Of a DNA stretch of 64,000 nt, positions 47,994 to 61,783 are shown one piece after another (position 1 is the first letter of the stretch; every line of letters begins with the position of its first letter). The DNA lies in NCBI GenBank assembly GCA_027604505.1, contig JADIIX010000036.1:1-64000 (forward strand), read 5' to 3'. Origin of the DNA: Gonapodya sp. JEL0774 (lineage: Eukaryota). A program made the translations under genes and the position numbers. The notes below the pieces were generated by a model. The model was given only the letters and a program-made list of their open reading frames with translations, did not search any database and was not told the origin of the DNA.

Positions 47994-49808
47994 TCACATC
48001 TTTGGACTCTGCCGCTCCTTCCTCTCCAAGTCTGCCCTCCCTTCCATCCTCTCTTTCCTCCGTGTTTCTCCGCCCCTCCAACGCTCCACCTCTTCAACTC
48101 CACGGGGTAAAGCACGTGGAACGGTAACTTTGCCCCCACTCGAGTCTACCGCCACTAGCGTCACGAATCCTCTATTGGAGACGAATGTCTCTGTCCTGGG
48201 CAGTTCGCCAGGCCGGCGAGGAGCGGGGCGCTGAACCGTGACTGTCACGTAGACCTCTAGGGATGAATGCCATGTGCGAGAGGTCTGAGAACGGATTGTG
48301 AGGATGTCAGAGACCATAATTCCTCGAGCAAACGCGACAGAATCCATAGACGCTGTCAGAACGTGCTCGCGGGCGTGACGGTAAGCTGGTTATTTTCAGT
48401 GGCAAGAGAGGAGATTGCCGATGTAAGGCAGAGAGGCAATGGCACATGTGAGTGTCTGGGTCACGTTGCGCCACTGGCGACCACTACAAGTGCTGAATGA
48501 TCGTGCCCACCTGAAAGATGTGCACAAGACTCCATCCACTTCAGCACTTGGCCTCCGAATGCATTTCCCTGTCAGCGGTGGTGCCCCGTGATTGAAGAAA
48601 GTGTGAATTATGAGAGCCAGGTTCACACTCTCATATAAATGGCAGAACACGTACCATGTTGTTCACATGTGGGGGGAATACAACATGGGTCATCTCCACT
48701 GCGCTCGCAGAACAAGGCTGAACCGCCGCCCAATTGGGTGCCCCGCTACGGCTACTTGATCGATAAGAGGCTGAGTCCAATGTTGCTGTCGTTGTGGCAT
48801 CTATTGTGCTAATGTTTGCAGACGGAGTGGAGGATAATGACTGTGTGGAAGTGGCTAATGGCGTCGCCTTGGGTTGTGTAGGGAGCATCGAAGCAGCCTT
48901 GGCAGCTTCACATAAGGAATTATTAAATCACCAAAGCAATAGGATGAAAGGAATGCACACAAGCCACTATAGTCACCAATTCTGTTCGCTCTCCTTTCTT
49001 CCGCTTCGGTCCACCGTCTTCGCTCTTCCGCAGTCTGGGGGATGATTTCCGGCACCGGAACAGGGATGGAACGGCCAGTAGATGGCTCCGAGGACAGAGC
49101 AACAAACGTAAGGTAGGCTTGGCATGCGTGCCTTTGGGAGCACCACATGGTGAGGCAAGCGCGGAGTTTCGTCTCCATGCTGGCGTGAACACAGCGCAGG
49201 AACAGAGTGAAGTTCACCTTACTACACCACTCCTGATATTCGCCGCCTCAACTCGAACTCCGATCTCCATACTGCTTCGCCATGCGCGGTTGCACGTCGC
49301 TGTCAGAGACAGAATATCGCCTTGCCGAATCGGGCGCAAAAAGTGCACAGCGTCAACGGAGGCGGTAACGCAGGAGCCCCACATGTCTGAATGACGCTGA
49401 CGTAATAGAGAGTCGTTGGCATCTTTCGGGATAGTTGTGATTCCACATTTTGTCCGTACCCACCTGCGCACAAACAACTCCGACGACATCAATGAGCGCT
49501 AAAATCTCTCCACCATAAGCGACCGATCTTAGAAGATATGAAAATGGAAATCGGGAGGTTGTCGGAATCGACGGCCGCCGCCCAAACAGTCCAAATACCG
49601 AATTTCTCGCTTACAGCTCTGAAACACACTGAAATTCATTTCATGGTATTGCAATCCACTCAACTAACGTCTCATCAACTTCTTCCGGCCGTATCACATG
49701 AGTGTGGATGGTGAGCGACTGATGCGGGAACTTGGGTTCTCGTGTCTGACGCAGGTCAACGGGAGGTAAACTAGTTACAGTTCTCGTAGGAATTCGAGCA
49801 TCGGCCAT
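47994..49808 (-). CDS. Double-hotdog acyl-CoA thioesterase
   Basis: VTASVDAVHFLRPIRQGD, NRAWRSSMEIGVRVEA, AYLTFVAL; second domain THVVFPPHVN, MDSVAFARGIMVSD, SSLEVYVTV. Confidence 0.9.
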
Positions 49809-50143
49809 CGTCTTGTTGTGCCCGTGTTACTTTGGGGTAACAGGTCTGGTTGTTTTCTGGGATCTGGGACTGAACATAATGTTCCGAAGGGTCGGTCCCA
49901 TACACATAGTCTCAGGATGACCTCAAAAGGATTTACGAGGATGGACTCTGAGACACCTTGTTGTAACAGAGTTACTTTTACCAATGTACTGACTCTCAGC
50001 GTCCAAGGTGAAATTAAAGTGAAAAGTGAAAATTAATGATTGCGAGCGCAAACATATAAAGAGGCCTCAAATGACAACGTTCAATCATTCATACTTGATC
50101 AATCCAACAGTCAAACCGTCATCTCGGCCGGTCGCACCCATCC

Positions 50144-51798
50144 TCAACTCCCATGTCCACCCACTCCGCCACCCAGCCCAAACTCCCTTGTCTCCGTTGT
50201 AATCCCATCACTCCCTGCTTCCGCTTCACCACTTCCACCAAACCTCCCCGCTGCATCTGCTCCACCCACTACACTGTACCGACCACCCGTCGACTCCACG
50301 CTCCGCGCAGGCCTCGTACCAGTACGGTTCACCGACCGCTCTGGTGGGCCAGCAACGTCGCCGTAGTACTGCATGGAGAGTGGTGATGCAGTGGCAACGG
50401 GGTGGGAGGGGGGACGTGCAGATCCGAGATTGAGGCGAGAGTCGTAGCGGATTCTGAAGGACAGAGGGCTGAGTGGTGGTTGGGACAGGGTGTCGCTGAC
50501 GCAGACCATGGGGAAGGCGCCAGAAGCGCTGGTTCGCGTGTTGAGGCCCTGAGTGGGACGTGTGAGGGAGGTGGGTGGGTGATAGTCCGAGTAAGCGCGG
50601 TGTAAAGGTGAAGGAGCAAAACATGCAATGGTGAACACAGAGTACTTACCGATCCCCACCCATCTGCAAACTCTAGGTTCACAAATATTGCGTCACCCAC
50701 TACAATGTGAAGCTCGTCTGTATTCTGTCCCTCAAATTCTGCAACGGCGTACATGAGGCGTAGGACAGTCCGGGGAGGCTGGGGTTCACGGTTGGGTGGA
50801 GCAGGTGGGAGGGATGCAAGTTGGGTGCGAAGGGTGCCGACCTCCCGCTCCAAAGCTGCGTTTGTCGTGGAAAGAGTGTGGACCTCAGACTGAAGATCCT
50901 GGTTTGCTGCCTCCAGAATTGTATTCCTTGACTGAATCTCCATCATTTGTCGTTCCACTTCCTGCACCTTGCTCTCAGCTACGGCAGTTCTCACTGAGAG
51001 CTCCTCATTCCGTGACTTCAGTCTGTTCACTTCGGCCTGCAACTCCCCATTGGCCCGATCTTTTTCGGTGAGGAGGGAGAGAAAAGTCTCTGTGGAATGA
51101 GAAGGGGAGGGTAAAACCCGTGGATTGGTGGCAAGGGATGGGACTCGAACTGGAGTGCGAGGTTGTGATTGATGTTGCTGAAGTGCGAGTAAGAACTGAC
51201 CGTCCGGTTGTTTGCGAGCGGCTTCGAGTTCGGTCAAAGAGACGGCAGCCCCATGAGAAAGGAGAAGGTTGATGATGGGGAGAGAAGGACGCAGAGTGAA
51301 GTGAGAGATCCACACATCCTTATAGCGCTTGGGATTGTTCAGCTGGACGTTGCCGCCCTTGATATTAATTGAGAGTTGGTTGGCATTATTTGCGGCATCA
51401 CCTGCGTAGCCGTCCCATCTTGTCCACTTTCCACCCCTGGCCACTGCAAGCGTCAAAGCTGACGGAAACAAGAAAGTTCCCTGCCAACGCCTCCGGTTCC
51501 AGTCGTCCGGATCCCACCGTGCATTGTAATCTGCCAACTGCCATTCACAAATTCCATTCGCATCTGCGCCGCCCTCAAGCAACGCCTTGACAACGTCCTC
51601 ATTCCCATACATGATGGCCAGCCCCAGCGCGGATTCGCATTCTGCAGTGTCCGTCTTTGTCTCATTTCCGATCGTGCAAGTCAACGTGACCCGCTTCCTG
51701 GCATGCGCGTTTGCTCCATCGGCCAGCAGCTGGCGCACCCGCTGCGTCTGTCCGTTTTCCACGGCTTGGATCAATTGAATGTCGGGCGCATTAGACAT
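50144..51798 (-). CDS. Ankyrin repeat - coiled coil - SH3 protein
   Basis: LIQAVENGQTQRVRQLLADGAN, SALGLAIMYGNEDVVKALLEGGAD, heptad-rich coil, SH3 YAVAEFEGQNTDEL...DGWGS|GLN...GAFPMVCV. Confidence 0.88.
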
Positions 51799-52155
51799 AG
51801 CGGTTCCCGCTTGAATTTTGGTGAGGTGGTTTGTGTTCGTTTGCGTTTTGGGTTGCGATCGACAACAACTGGCTGCTCCGTTGACTTTCTGGTGATTTGC
51901 AAGGCCGCTCCGACTGGGCAACCTATTCACAATTGCAATGTCAATAATGAAATGTCTTCATTGATAGCTTTCATAATCTACGTGCTTCGACCGCTTTCCT
52001 GCGATCCCACTGGTCACCCGAAGATTTAAATCAAAACGCCACCACACACCAAAATCACTCCCATATATTGCATTGCCGATCTACGCTGTTGGAAGCATGC
52101 TTTCCTGGGTTTCCGAGAAGAACAATTATCACACACTACTTCATTCCCTGGCGAT

Positions 52156-54014
52156 TTAAACCGCACGCGAGCAACGCAATGACCAAGTGCTATCCCGATC
52201 GCGATCTCGCCCAGTGCTCATATCACAGTCAAGTCGCCCTTCATATCGTAAAACGAACACCCGCCAACCACACCCACCCCTGGGCCATCCCATCCCTCCT
52301 CCTCCCAGCTCCAATCCACTCCATAAGCCAACCTCCGCTCCCCTTTGCCATCTCTCTCTGTACCCCAACGCGCCTTCTCCCGCATCGTCCCTGTCGCCAC
52401 GTCCACGTCCACCACGCACCATCCACTACGCATGAGTGCCACAGCGAGGCACCCACCCAACCTCTTTTTGGCATCAGTCGATCCGGCACCATGGTGGGCC
52501 GTGGGATGCCATCGTGCTCGCCATGCGCCTCCTTCGGTGTCTCTGGATCCGTCGGCGAGAACGCTCGTGTCGAGAGCACACACGACCGATGTGGTCTTCA
52601 TTTTGCGCGGAGGTCCACCAAGAGGAGCAGTCGTACTCATGAGGCGGATGTCGTGAAGGATGATGTGTTGATCGTAGGACGTGGAGATGAGGTAAGGAAG
52701 GTGCGGATGAGGAGTGAGAGATGTGACGCCCGCTGAGTGGCTGGACACGTTTGAGAGGCGTCAAGGTGAAACGAAGGATCGCTGTGAGATTCGTAAGACC
52801 GAAAAAATCACCCAGAAGATCTCCAATATCCACGTGCATCCAAGAATGAGCCAGATGAGGATAATCACCTCGCTGGTGTATCCCAGTGGTCCTGAACTAA
52901 TCGCAGAGTAGTGTTCGGATATCGGCCACTATATTCACCATTCGATAATCGCCCTCGGCTTGGATGTCCCACCGCGCACATCCCACAGCTTAATTGCAGC
53001 GTCGTCCGCGCCGGAATACACAGTGTCCTGGTCGTTCTCGGCTCCAAACGTGACGCACCACGCTTCCAGATCGTGAGCGTGCCACGAGAGTTCTTTTTCA
53101 AGACCCGCCGGCGTGACAGTCAAGAGCGACAAGGAGCCCGACGAGTGCGAGACGGCCAAGCGGGGCTGAGAGGAAAGAGGCGATGTGGACCAGGAAAGTG
53201 ACAGGGCCAGAGGGGGCGCAGAGCTGGTCGACGACGGGACCGGAGAATACGTTGCGAGTGGTGAGAGAACGCGGTGTGTTCTTGTGGTGGACAGGTCCGA
53301 AGACGGTGGTGGTATGAGTTGGGAGAGGGAAACGGATCCGATCGAGGTGGCGATTGCCAGGACGGGGAGGTTCGAGATGGGAGCGAGACACCTGTACTGT
53401 GCGGTGCCGAGATCAATCCTTGTTCCTTTGTGGAACTGCTTCGACCCATGGACTCGAACATAGATATTCTGATCAACTTTCCTTTGCGAAATTTCGTCCA
53501 GCTTTTTGATGCGGAATCTGCTTTCGCAGAAACCTTGATTGGGCCGTGGTCCGGACACACCCAAAATCACTCACCATTTCATGTCCAGCACGCCTCCCTG
53601 AGTTGCGATAGTACTTGTCTCCACACTGAGCTCAACCCAAAACGTCCGTAAAACCGCTTAGGTTAATACCGAACACGGCAACTGTGGGCAAACGGGAGGA
53701 CCCTGACCCGATCTTCACCTCGAAACATCTCCCGCACCGTTCCGTGACACGGTCCTCAGATGAACCGACCCGTCGCGTACTTGAGCTCGTGGCTCGATTA
53801 TCCGGGGATCGGGATCGTCTCCAGCGGCTGGGTGTTGGTCGTCGGGGGTCGGTTCGGTGTTGGTGGATTGGTCGTTCTCCGACATCGATCCCTCGCGGAG
53901 TTGGTACGTTCCGACGACAAAGACGTCGCGAAATCCATCGATGGGACAGAACTCGATGGAATCCGCGCAGAGGGGAGTGTGCCAAGTTGAGGTTGTGTGC
54001 GGTGAAATGGACAT
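52156..54014 (-). CDS. DPH7: Diphthine methylesterase (WD40)
   Basis: ADSIEFCP...VVGTYQL, WHAHDLEAWCVTF, YSGADD..IKLWDVR, HSAGVTS, GGAWRARWHP, LAYGVDW, CSFYD. Confidence 0.92.
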
Positions 54015-54287
54015 GGTTTAAACAGTACTGACAACTCATGTCCGTCATTCACAGGTGCACCACCGACGACTCTACAGACAGGACGTTGTACGCCACCCTG
54101 TACAATTGAAAGGCGTAAAAAGTCTTACAGTAATCAGAGCCAGTACTAAAAAGTACTCGTGCCACACCACATTGCCACCTTCCAAAATGCTATGCAATGT
54201 TATATAGCGGGTAACATTTGAGAACAGTCGATTCGAACAATCTGTTTGTGAGGAAAGTTCTGCAAATATAAACGTGATGGGGGTTGG

Positions 54288-56558
54288 ATGACTCTGCCAT
54301 TGCAAAGCGAATCGATGGGATCAATTTCATCCCTTTCTACCGGTGCGCTGTCCTTGGGTCCACGGTCCCAAACTCTCCTCGGTTCCATCGGGTCCACCCC
54401 TGCCCGTTCGCTTGTCGTTCTCTCTGTCCGAACGTGTTCGGGTTCCACAAATTTGAACTCTCCACCGACAATCTTCCCATCCGCACTCTCCAACTCGGAT
54501 TCTAAAAAGACCCGCAAATCGACGAATTCCTTTCCTTCCTTTGTCGCTCCTGCCCGGGAATGCCGTCGGCTCTCCTCTCTCTCCACACGATTCCCCTCCT
54601 GTTCCGTCAATCGCCCAGCGATCGTTCGCGAATCGAATTCGGCACACCGAATCGGTAAATATTTTCTGCAAGTGAAGAATTGTGAGTTTTTGTATGATGC
54701 CTTGGTTTTTTGTCTCCGATGTGAACTGGCGCGATCGGTTTGGTGAATCGCTACAAAGACACCTCCGCCCCTCCCGACACCTCGTACCACCACCCCGACA
54801 CTTCGCTCACCGATTATCCCCTCCTGGACTCCACGCCCATTCTCGTCTCACCCCAGTGGCTGCACCACAAACTCTCCTCCCAAACTGCTGCTCCTCCACC
54901 TTCATCTTCCACCTCCACACCGCGTGTCATACCCATCGACTGCACCCACCTCCCTCGCCCATTCCTCAACGAAGACAGCGAGCTCTACTGGAGGCCTGGG
55001 CTCAGAAAGGATGCCTACGGCGGGCTCGACGACCTCTACGCCAAGCAATGGAAAGACGGGATCGTGGGGTTCGAACAGGAACGGATCCCGGTGAGTTTTG
55101 GAAGTCGCGCTTGTGGTCGTGGAAGGTGGTTTGTACGCTGTGTCTGTGGGAATGGATCAAAGAACCGATGAGGGAACCTGCATGGTATCTTTGGAGAAGA
55201 TGGATGACCCACGAGTCCACAATATTCCGTGGGAGTTGATTGCCGACCGCCGAGCGTCCCCAGACCGGTTGATCGTGCTTGCGTTCACCCACTTGCCCCC
55301 ACTCATCCCCGCACCCCATGACTCACACATCTCTCCTTCCCACTCCCCACTCCCCTATCAGACCTCCCTCTTCCTCTCCCTCTCCCGCCTCTCCGACTTC
55401 CTCACTCCCATCCCTCTCAAACTCCCCCTCGCAGAAGACTTTGCCCTCTGGTGCTCTGAGAACGGAATCGCGAGGGAGGACCACGTCGTGCTCTACGATC
55501 AGCGGGGGGTGGGGAGTGCACCTAGGGGGCTGTGGATGTTTAAGGTGAGGGGGTTATGTAGGTTGTGCGGGTTCTGGGGGTTCTGGAGGTTGTGCGGCTT
55601 TGTAGGGATAGAGCGCGGCAAATCACGTGACTCGACATTGCAGTGGTGTTTCTTCGGCATACCGTTCGTAGCCGTCCGTCCAACATTGAGATTTACCACT
55701 TACCTGATGTGATGACTTCTGATGTCCACCGGATATCCCTACCGACTCCTATTCCACCCCCTACGGCCCGTCAGACCTTCGGCCATCCCCGCGTCTCCCT
55801 CCTCTCGGGCGGCCTCCCGGCATACAAAGCCCTCAACCTCCCCCTCGACACCGACCCACCCTCCGCATCCTTATCCCTATCCGACCGCGAGACACCCGAC
55901 CCATACGAATGTGCCCTCGACCGCTCGGTGGCTCTCGACTACACACGCACGTGGGACGCGGCGGTGAACACGTTTGTGGACCCTGGGGGGTGGCAGATGG
56001 TGGACGCCAGGGATGAGAGGTTGTGAGTAGGAAAGCATACTGTTCACTGAGACCCAACAGTTGCAGTCTCTCGAGTTTGGCTCTGAAACCCTGATCTCGA
56101 ACTTCTCTGCGTTGCCCTTCCCCAGCCATACAGGCCGCCTCCTCAACCCAATCCACCAGCCCTTCCTCCTCTCTGGTCACATCCCCGCCTCGACCAACCT
56201 CCCCGCCGCCAAACTCCTCACCCCCGACGCATCCACCTTCCTCCCCCGCGCTGCCCTCCTCGACGCGTTCCGGTCCCACCGCGTCAGCCCCGGTCGACGG
56301 GTCCTCTTCTATTCGTCCAGCTCAGTGAGCGCGGCCACGGCGTGGGTTGCGGCGTTGCTGAGTGGGGGGTGGCAAATGGGACCGGTGGGGGCGGTGGAGG
56401 GGAAGGGACACGCTGACGGTGACGGTGCGGGTGCGGCGGGGCGGGCTAGCACGGGCACCGTGGCCGTGTACGAGGGCGGGTGGGCAGAGTGGGCGAAAGG
56501 GAAGAACAGTCTCGTGAAGAGCGAGAGGAGGTTCGAGAGGAGGAATAGGTGGACGTAG
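54288..56558 (+). CDS. Tandem-rhodanese sulfurtransferase-like protein (TUM1/MPST family)
   Basis: LVSPQWL, ERIP, VVLYD..GVGSAPRGLWMFK, FGHPRVSLLSGGL, VDAR, GHIP, VYEGGWAEW. The start codon is uncertain. Confidence 0.85.
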
Positions 56559-56785
56559 AAAGAGGAGGGTGCATGGGTACGGGGGGATTGGTTGGAGTGG
56601 GAGTAGGAATGGTAATGGGAACGGGAAGGTGCACTGGTTCGGCCGCGACGTGTATTCGCGTTCGGTCATTGTGAACGCATCTGCACACTCAATAATGTAA
56701 AGTCTCATACACATTTCCCACATGAATAATACCATGGTACTCCTCCTTCTCTCCTCCCCTCCCTCCACTCTATTACACCCCACGC

Positions 56786-58584
56786 TCACATCCTCGCCTT
56801 GGCCTGCATCTGTAGTTGTGGTGCCGCCGGTGCAGACACCCCGACCCTCCCAAACGTGACGCGCGGAGGAATGTGCCGTGTGAACTCAAGACCTTTGGAT
56901 TCCTCCTCGGACAAGAACGACGGATCACGCTTCAGGAGACGGTAGTACCTACAGAGTGAAGAGATTGTCGCCGCAGGGGTAGTGGTAATTTGGGTTCAGC
57001 AACGCTGATCGGCACCATGCACATATTGGGGTACACTACCCATCGTTTGTGACAACTCACAGAGGTTGGAATTGGACCCACATGAACTTGGGGTTGTAGA
57101 GGATCGATGTTTGCGCCGCTACGTGCGGGGAGAGTTTCTTGGTCGGGCCGGCGGCGTCGGCCATCACTGAGAAGGAGGGNNNNNNNNNNCCCCCCCCCCC
57201 CCCCCCCCCCCCCCGGAAGGGAGGGTGTAGGTGCACAGAGGAGTTGCAGAACGGTGCGCGGGTGAGCAGGGGCTTGGTATGTGGGAGGGTTCCGTTTCGT
57301 TTGCTTACTCTGAATTTTGCAGCATTTGTCGGCGAAGATAAAACTGTAGGCCATCTACGGGAGTGCACGGTTTACAATAAGTGAGAGAGAGCACCCAAGC
57401 AAACACGTCCAGCTCTTACGCCCCCCATTCCCCTTGTTTGCGCCTCCCTACACAACAACGCACCTCATCGACGCTTTCCCCCGTCGTAAGAAGCCCGTGA
57501 TTCTGCAAAATCACAAGCCTCGATCCCGTCTCGTTGATGAGTTTCCCGTAGGTCTCGCCTTCCGACACGTCAAGTACCGGACCCTCGAACTCTCCAAAGA
57601 GGACCTGGCGGTTGTACTGAGCATTCCCACCAGCGCGGTGTCAGTCAACAGGAGTGTGGATACTTTAGGTGGGATGATGACACAGATTACCCACGAACGC
57701 GCACGTATCCTGGCTGATGGGGTCGAGGAGTTTTCCCAAGGTTGAGAAGGCCACGCCGTGGTCAGAATGGGTGTGAACGGCAGCACGGACTTGAGGGCAT
57801 TTGCGGTATATTCCGCCGTGGATCGCAAAGGTTGCGGAAAGAACAGGCTGTACAGAGATTGACGTGGGGGGAGCGTGGTGGTTGGGGGGAATGAAGGTTG
57901 GATATGAACACAGCAACTTCGGCGATGCATACGCACTCGGTTTCCGACAATCATTTCACCTGCTTGGTTCAGCATGCAAAGATCTCCGACGGTGATGTCG
58001 GAGAAATGAACGCCGATCGCTGGGTAACGGAGGAGCTCTTGAGTGTTCACTCAAGAAGCAATCGAGGTTGCCTAATCACTCACGGTTCACCCAGTAACAA
58101 TCCTCCTGGGAAGACATAGCTCTATGAAAAACATAAACACATTTGAATTGAAATGCTTCGGAACACTTACAAACTCCGGATCGCGAAACGTAGCATGTCC
58201 CGCGTTTCTAGAGAACGCAAAGCAGGTGGGCCATCTTCATTCACGTTATGTCGAGTACGCAGAGATTCCTCCATACCCGCTATCAAACCCATGCTCCGCA
58301 AAAATACGAAAAGCTGCGGCAAGTCGTTGCTTCATGTGCTGACGCTCCTCGTCCACCGTCTAGTTGGTGAGGACGGCGTATCATGGGGGGTGCAATCATG
58401 AAGAACTTGCACATCAGCCGTGTTCGCTCACTCTAAAAGTCGGAAATACGATCCGTCTCATTGATGCCGCTTCGGTGGCCGTGATTTCTCTGCCTTTGGG
58501 TTTCTTCTGGCCCTCAACAGCTCGCTTGTGCTGTTCGGGAGTGAGAGGGGAGACAGCCTTGGCGGTGATACGCAGAGGGGCCAT
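56786..58584 (-). CDS. Class II aldolase/adducin family protein
   Basis: RLAAAFRIFAEHGF, GHATFRDP, YWVNPIGVHFSDITVGDL, IHGGIY, AAVHTHS, VILQNHGLLT; one intron spans an N gap. Confidence 0.9.
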
Positions 58585-58750
58585 CGAAGAATAAAGAGTT
58601 CGATTAAGACGATGGTGGGGAGTCGGATGGGACAGGGTGGATTTTTGGAGTCGTGTTCGGATGCAATTTATTACTCTTCTTCCGAAACCACTCATGGTCG
58701 ATCACTTACAAGGATATACAAAGAAGCCAGAATTTTCCATGATATGCAAG

Positions 58751-60227
58751 CTATATATACGGTTCAAACAGCTCTGGTAATACTACCGGCAGTTTCTTGA
58801 CGTCGTCAATCGCGAAGTGCGCGTACGGCGAATAAAACGGGTGCTGTTGTCCTGGTATTTGCTTATGTTTCGACCACGGCGCACCATGCCACCACGGGAG
58901 GTACTCTCCTTTAGTGGGAAGGGTGAGCACGAGGTCTGGCGACTCTGAAACCGGTACAGGCTGCTCGGTGAGCCCCTTGTCGGGAGACAGAACAGCACGA
59001 TCGCTAACGTGGTCAAAAGGATGTGGTTTGGGTGGTGAGGGATCCAAATTCTGTGTGTCGATGTCCTCTTCATCTCTGAAAGGTTCAGCAGTCGATGGAG
59101 GGTGTGATGTGTCCTTTGCGCAGATGTGGACAGCAATCCAACCTGAGTGAATGGAAGTTGAGTGGTGGTGAAAGTAAAACGAAAAAGAAAAGTGAATGTA
59201 GTTGCCCTCACCAAAATCAACAGCACCAACAGTATTGCGTGGTGCATCATCCACAAACAAGCATCGTTGTCGGTGTTCTATCCGTTCGGGATCTAGTGCC
59301 GCACGCTCCATTGCACGCCGCCAGCTTGCAGGAAAAGGCTTGCAGGGAAAATCCGGCTCCGTGTAGTCGCAAGCAACTATCCGGCGGTTGGGAAACAGTT
59401 GGGACAGATTTAGTATCCGAAGCACACGCTGAGCGTGCGGAAGTGCTGATCATCCAAATCATAGATGTGCGGATCAGGGAACAACAATAGCATGTTTCTA
59501 TCCGATGCCGACTTGCCTGCATTTGTAAGAATATAAGTCGGATACTTGGTGCAGAGTTGCTCTACCAAACATTGTGTATGCTTGTCGGGTCGTATCAACG
59601 TCTCAATTGGCAACATTCCGCTACAATAAAATCTCCTTTTGGTTGTAATCGGTTAGCATGAAGGAGTGAGATCTATACTCACTCAACCATGCTATCGTAT
59701 CTGGCTTGTCATTCGAATATCCATCAGTACTGACTCAGCTGTAACACACATTGAAGAGTCTTCTTCACTCACACTAGCGGGTCAACTCCATGCCATTTGA
59801 TCATCCCTTTTATAGACAGACCCAAATCCCGATAATATCGGTGAATGAAAGCGGAGGCTTCGGCAGGAGTCCTGCGACAACAAATCTTTGTTGGAACAGT
59901 GGAAAGACTATGGGTTGAGCGGAAGAATGTCATGAAGCCCACCATCCCAGCTTTTCATTTACGAATGCACGCATGCGGATGGACATGTGCTTTGAAACAC
60001 CTGTTCAGAAAGTAAAACTCGTCATAAAAGAACCTCATCAAAAGTATTGCGCGAATGTCGTACAAACCAGCTGAAATGGGATAGAGAGTGTTGTCCAGAT
60101 CCAAAAATATGACAGGGCCATCATATGTTGCATCTGGCTCGAAGATCCGAATTCGCTCATTCTCTGTGGAGTACGTTTCGTGAAGCGATGTGTTTCCACC
60201 AACTGGGAGGTTCTGGAGAGTCGACAT
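58751..60227 (-). CDS. HAD-family pyrimidine 5'-nucleotidase (Sdt1/Phm8-like)
   Basis: FLDLDNTLY, LTNA, CDY..PDFPCKP, CLFVDD..RN, C-terminal LPELF. Confidence 0.88.
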
Positions 60228-60422
60228 GCGAATGATTGATGGTGCCGATGCTGTTCCACACAATGAGAGCGAGTGGCAATATCTCAAATGGAAAATACGG
60301 GTTTGAAAGGCTTTGGTGATGGGTGACATACTCTGTCGTGTTTGGAGGGAAGCTCCCGCCGCTGAACCATTGCATTGTATTCAAACAGTCAACTACATTT
60401 AGTTCGAATTTTACCGAAACCA

Positions 60423-61611
60423 TTAAACCCATCTGCCGAATCCCGTTTGTGCTTCCACCACTCCCTTCACGCTCTTCATTCCAAACTCCACCCTGTTCCC
60501 GAAGTCCTCCCCGACACCCTTCAGCCACTCAAGCTCATTCAACCTGTCGCAAAGAAAATCGTAAGTGCTCGCGAAAGGAATTGATGAGTCGGAGATACCG
60601 TTCGAGAGAGAGAGAGACAGGTCACGGGTGAGATACACCTCTGATGAAGAGAGGGCAAGAGATATCGATGCACGACGGAGATACCACGATAGCTATCCCA
60701 TGAACAAGAAGGGGCCTGTGAGTGCCCTGTTTCATTGAAGATGATCACGTATTGAAACTCACGTCAGTGCTCCGGCAACCAGCCAACCACCACACTTCAT
60801 CTGCTGTCTCTGCAAGATGCTTGACGGCATAAGGAAGATTTTGCGGCAGTGCCATGGTAGCGGCGGCCTTTAAGTGGTGGTGGTGTGACCAGTCGGAAGA
60901 GTTAGTTGTGCACGCGCGTGGTTTGCATTGGTGCAAAGATTGAGTGTGAATCTGCCACCAATCACATCGGGCATATAAGCTCACCTCTGCCCAGTGCTGC
61001 GCGACGGCGGTCGTCATTCCAATCCGAGCGATCGAAAGTGCCATCACCCTCTCTCCCAGGGACATGGCATCCCATCCCCCAGCAGGCCACGGTCGCACCA
61101 CATAACTGGGAATTCGTCCATCCACTGTCATTGATTTGGGCTCTTCTGAGAATGCTTCCTGTTCCGCCGACAATTGACCCACGAGCCCCTCCCTGCATTG
61201 TTCCCAAAACTCTTCAATGAGCTCTGGACTTCCCTCCCGGCCGGCATAGCATGTTCGTGGAAACATTCCTAGTGCCGAACTGGACAGTCCCATATCGCCA
61301 AGCGTGGCCAGGAGAGCACCACGAGTAAATCCCAACGACGGCACATGGTTTGATAAAGCACGACGAAGAATTGATTGGGGACTAATCGATTTTGATGAGG
61401 AGGATGAGGATTGCTCTGCCTCGAATGTACGATGGGGGTTGGATGAGAGGAAACGCGGGCATGCAGAAGAGGATGGGGTTCCGATCTTAAGTTTTACTAG
61501 AAGATGTTGTCCCCGCGCTCGGCATGATGCTGCCAAAATAGAATGATGAGTATTGACTGCGTGGGCTCCGTGGGTTCCGGCGATGAGTGCGCTGCAAGTT
61601 CGAGAGGTCAT
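60423..61611 (-). CDS. COQ9: Ubiquinone biosynthesis protein Coq9
   Basis: Presequence-like N-terminus, ILRRALSNHVPSLGFT, MALPQNLP, ADEVWWLAGCRSTD|LSWYLRRAS, TYDFLCDRL. Confidence 0.88.
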
Positions 61612-61783
61612 GATTCATTCGGAGCGATGGGATTCAACAAGTGTCCAAAACATGCATGAACTCGAAGTTTAGTTGACCACTTTTCGACGAGACAGCAAAT
61701 AAACGCAATTGTACATCCGGGAATCGCTACTATTGGGCGTTACTATGATTGTGGAGCTATCGCATGAATTAGTTTGTGAGACT

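Noticed and set aside
57170..57215. Poly-C run beside an N gap
   Set aside because: Assembly gap inside an intron.
57498..57515. Near-palindrome GTGATTCTGCAAAATCAC encoding VILQNH on both strands
   Set aside because: It is a by-product of the conserved aldolase VILQNHG motif; the + strand ORF has no other support.
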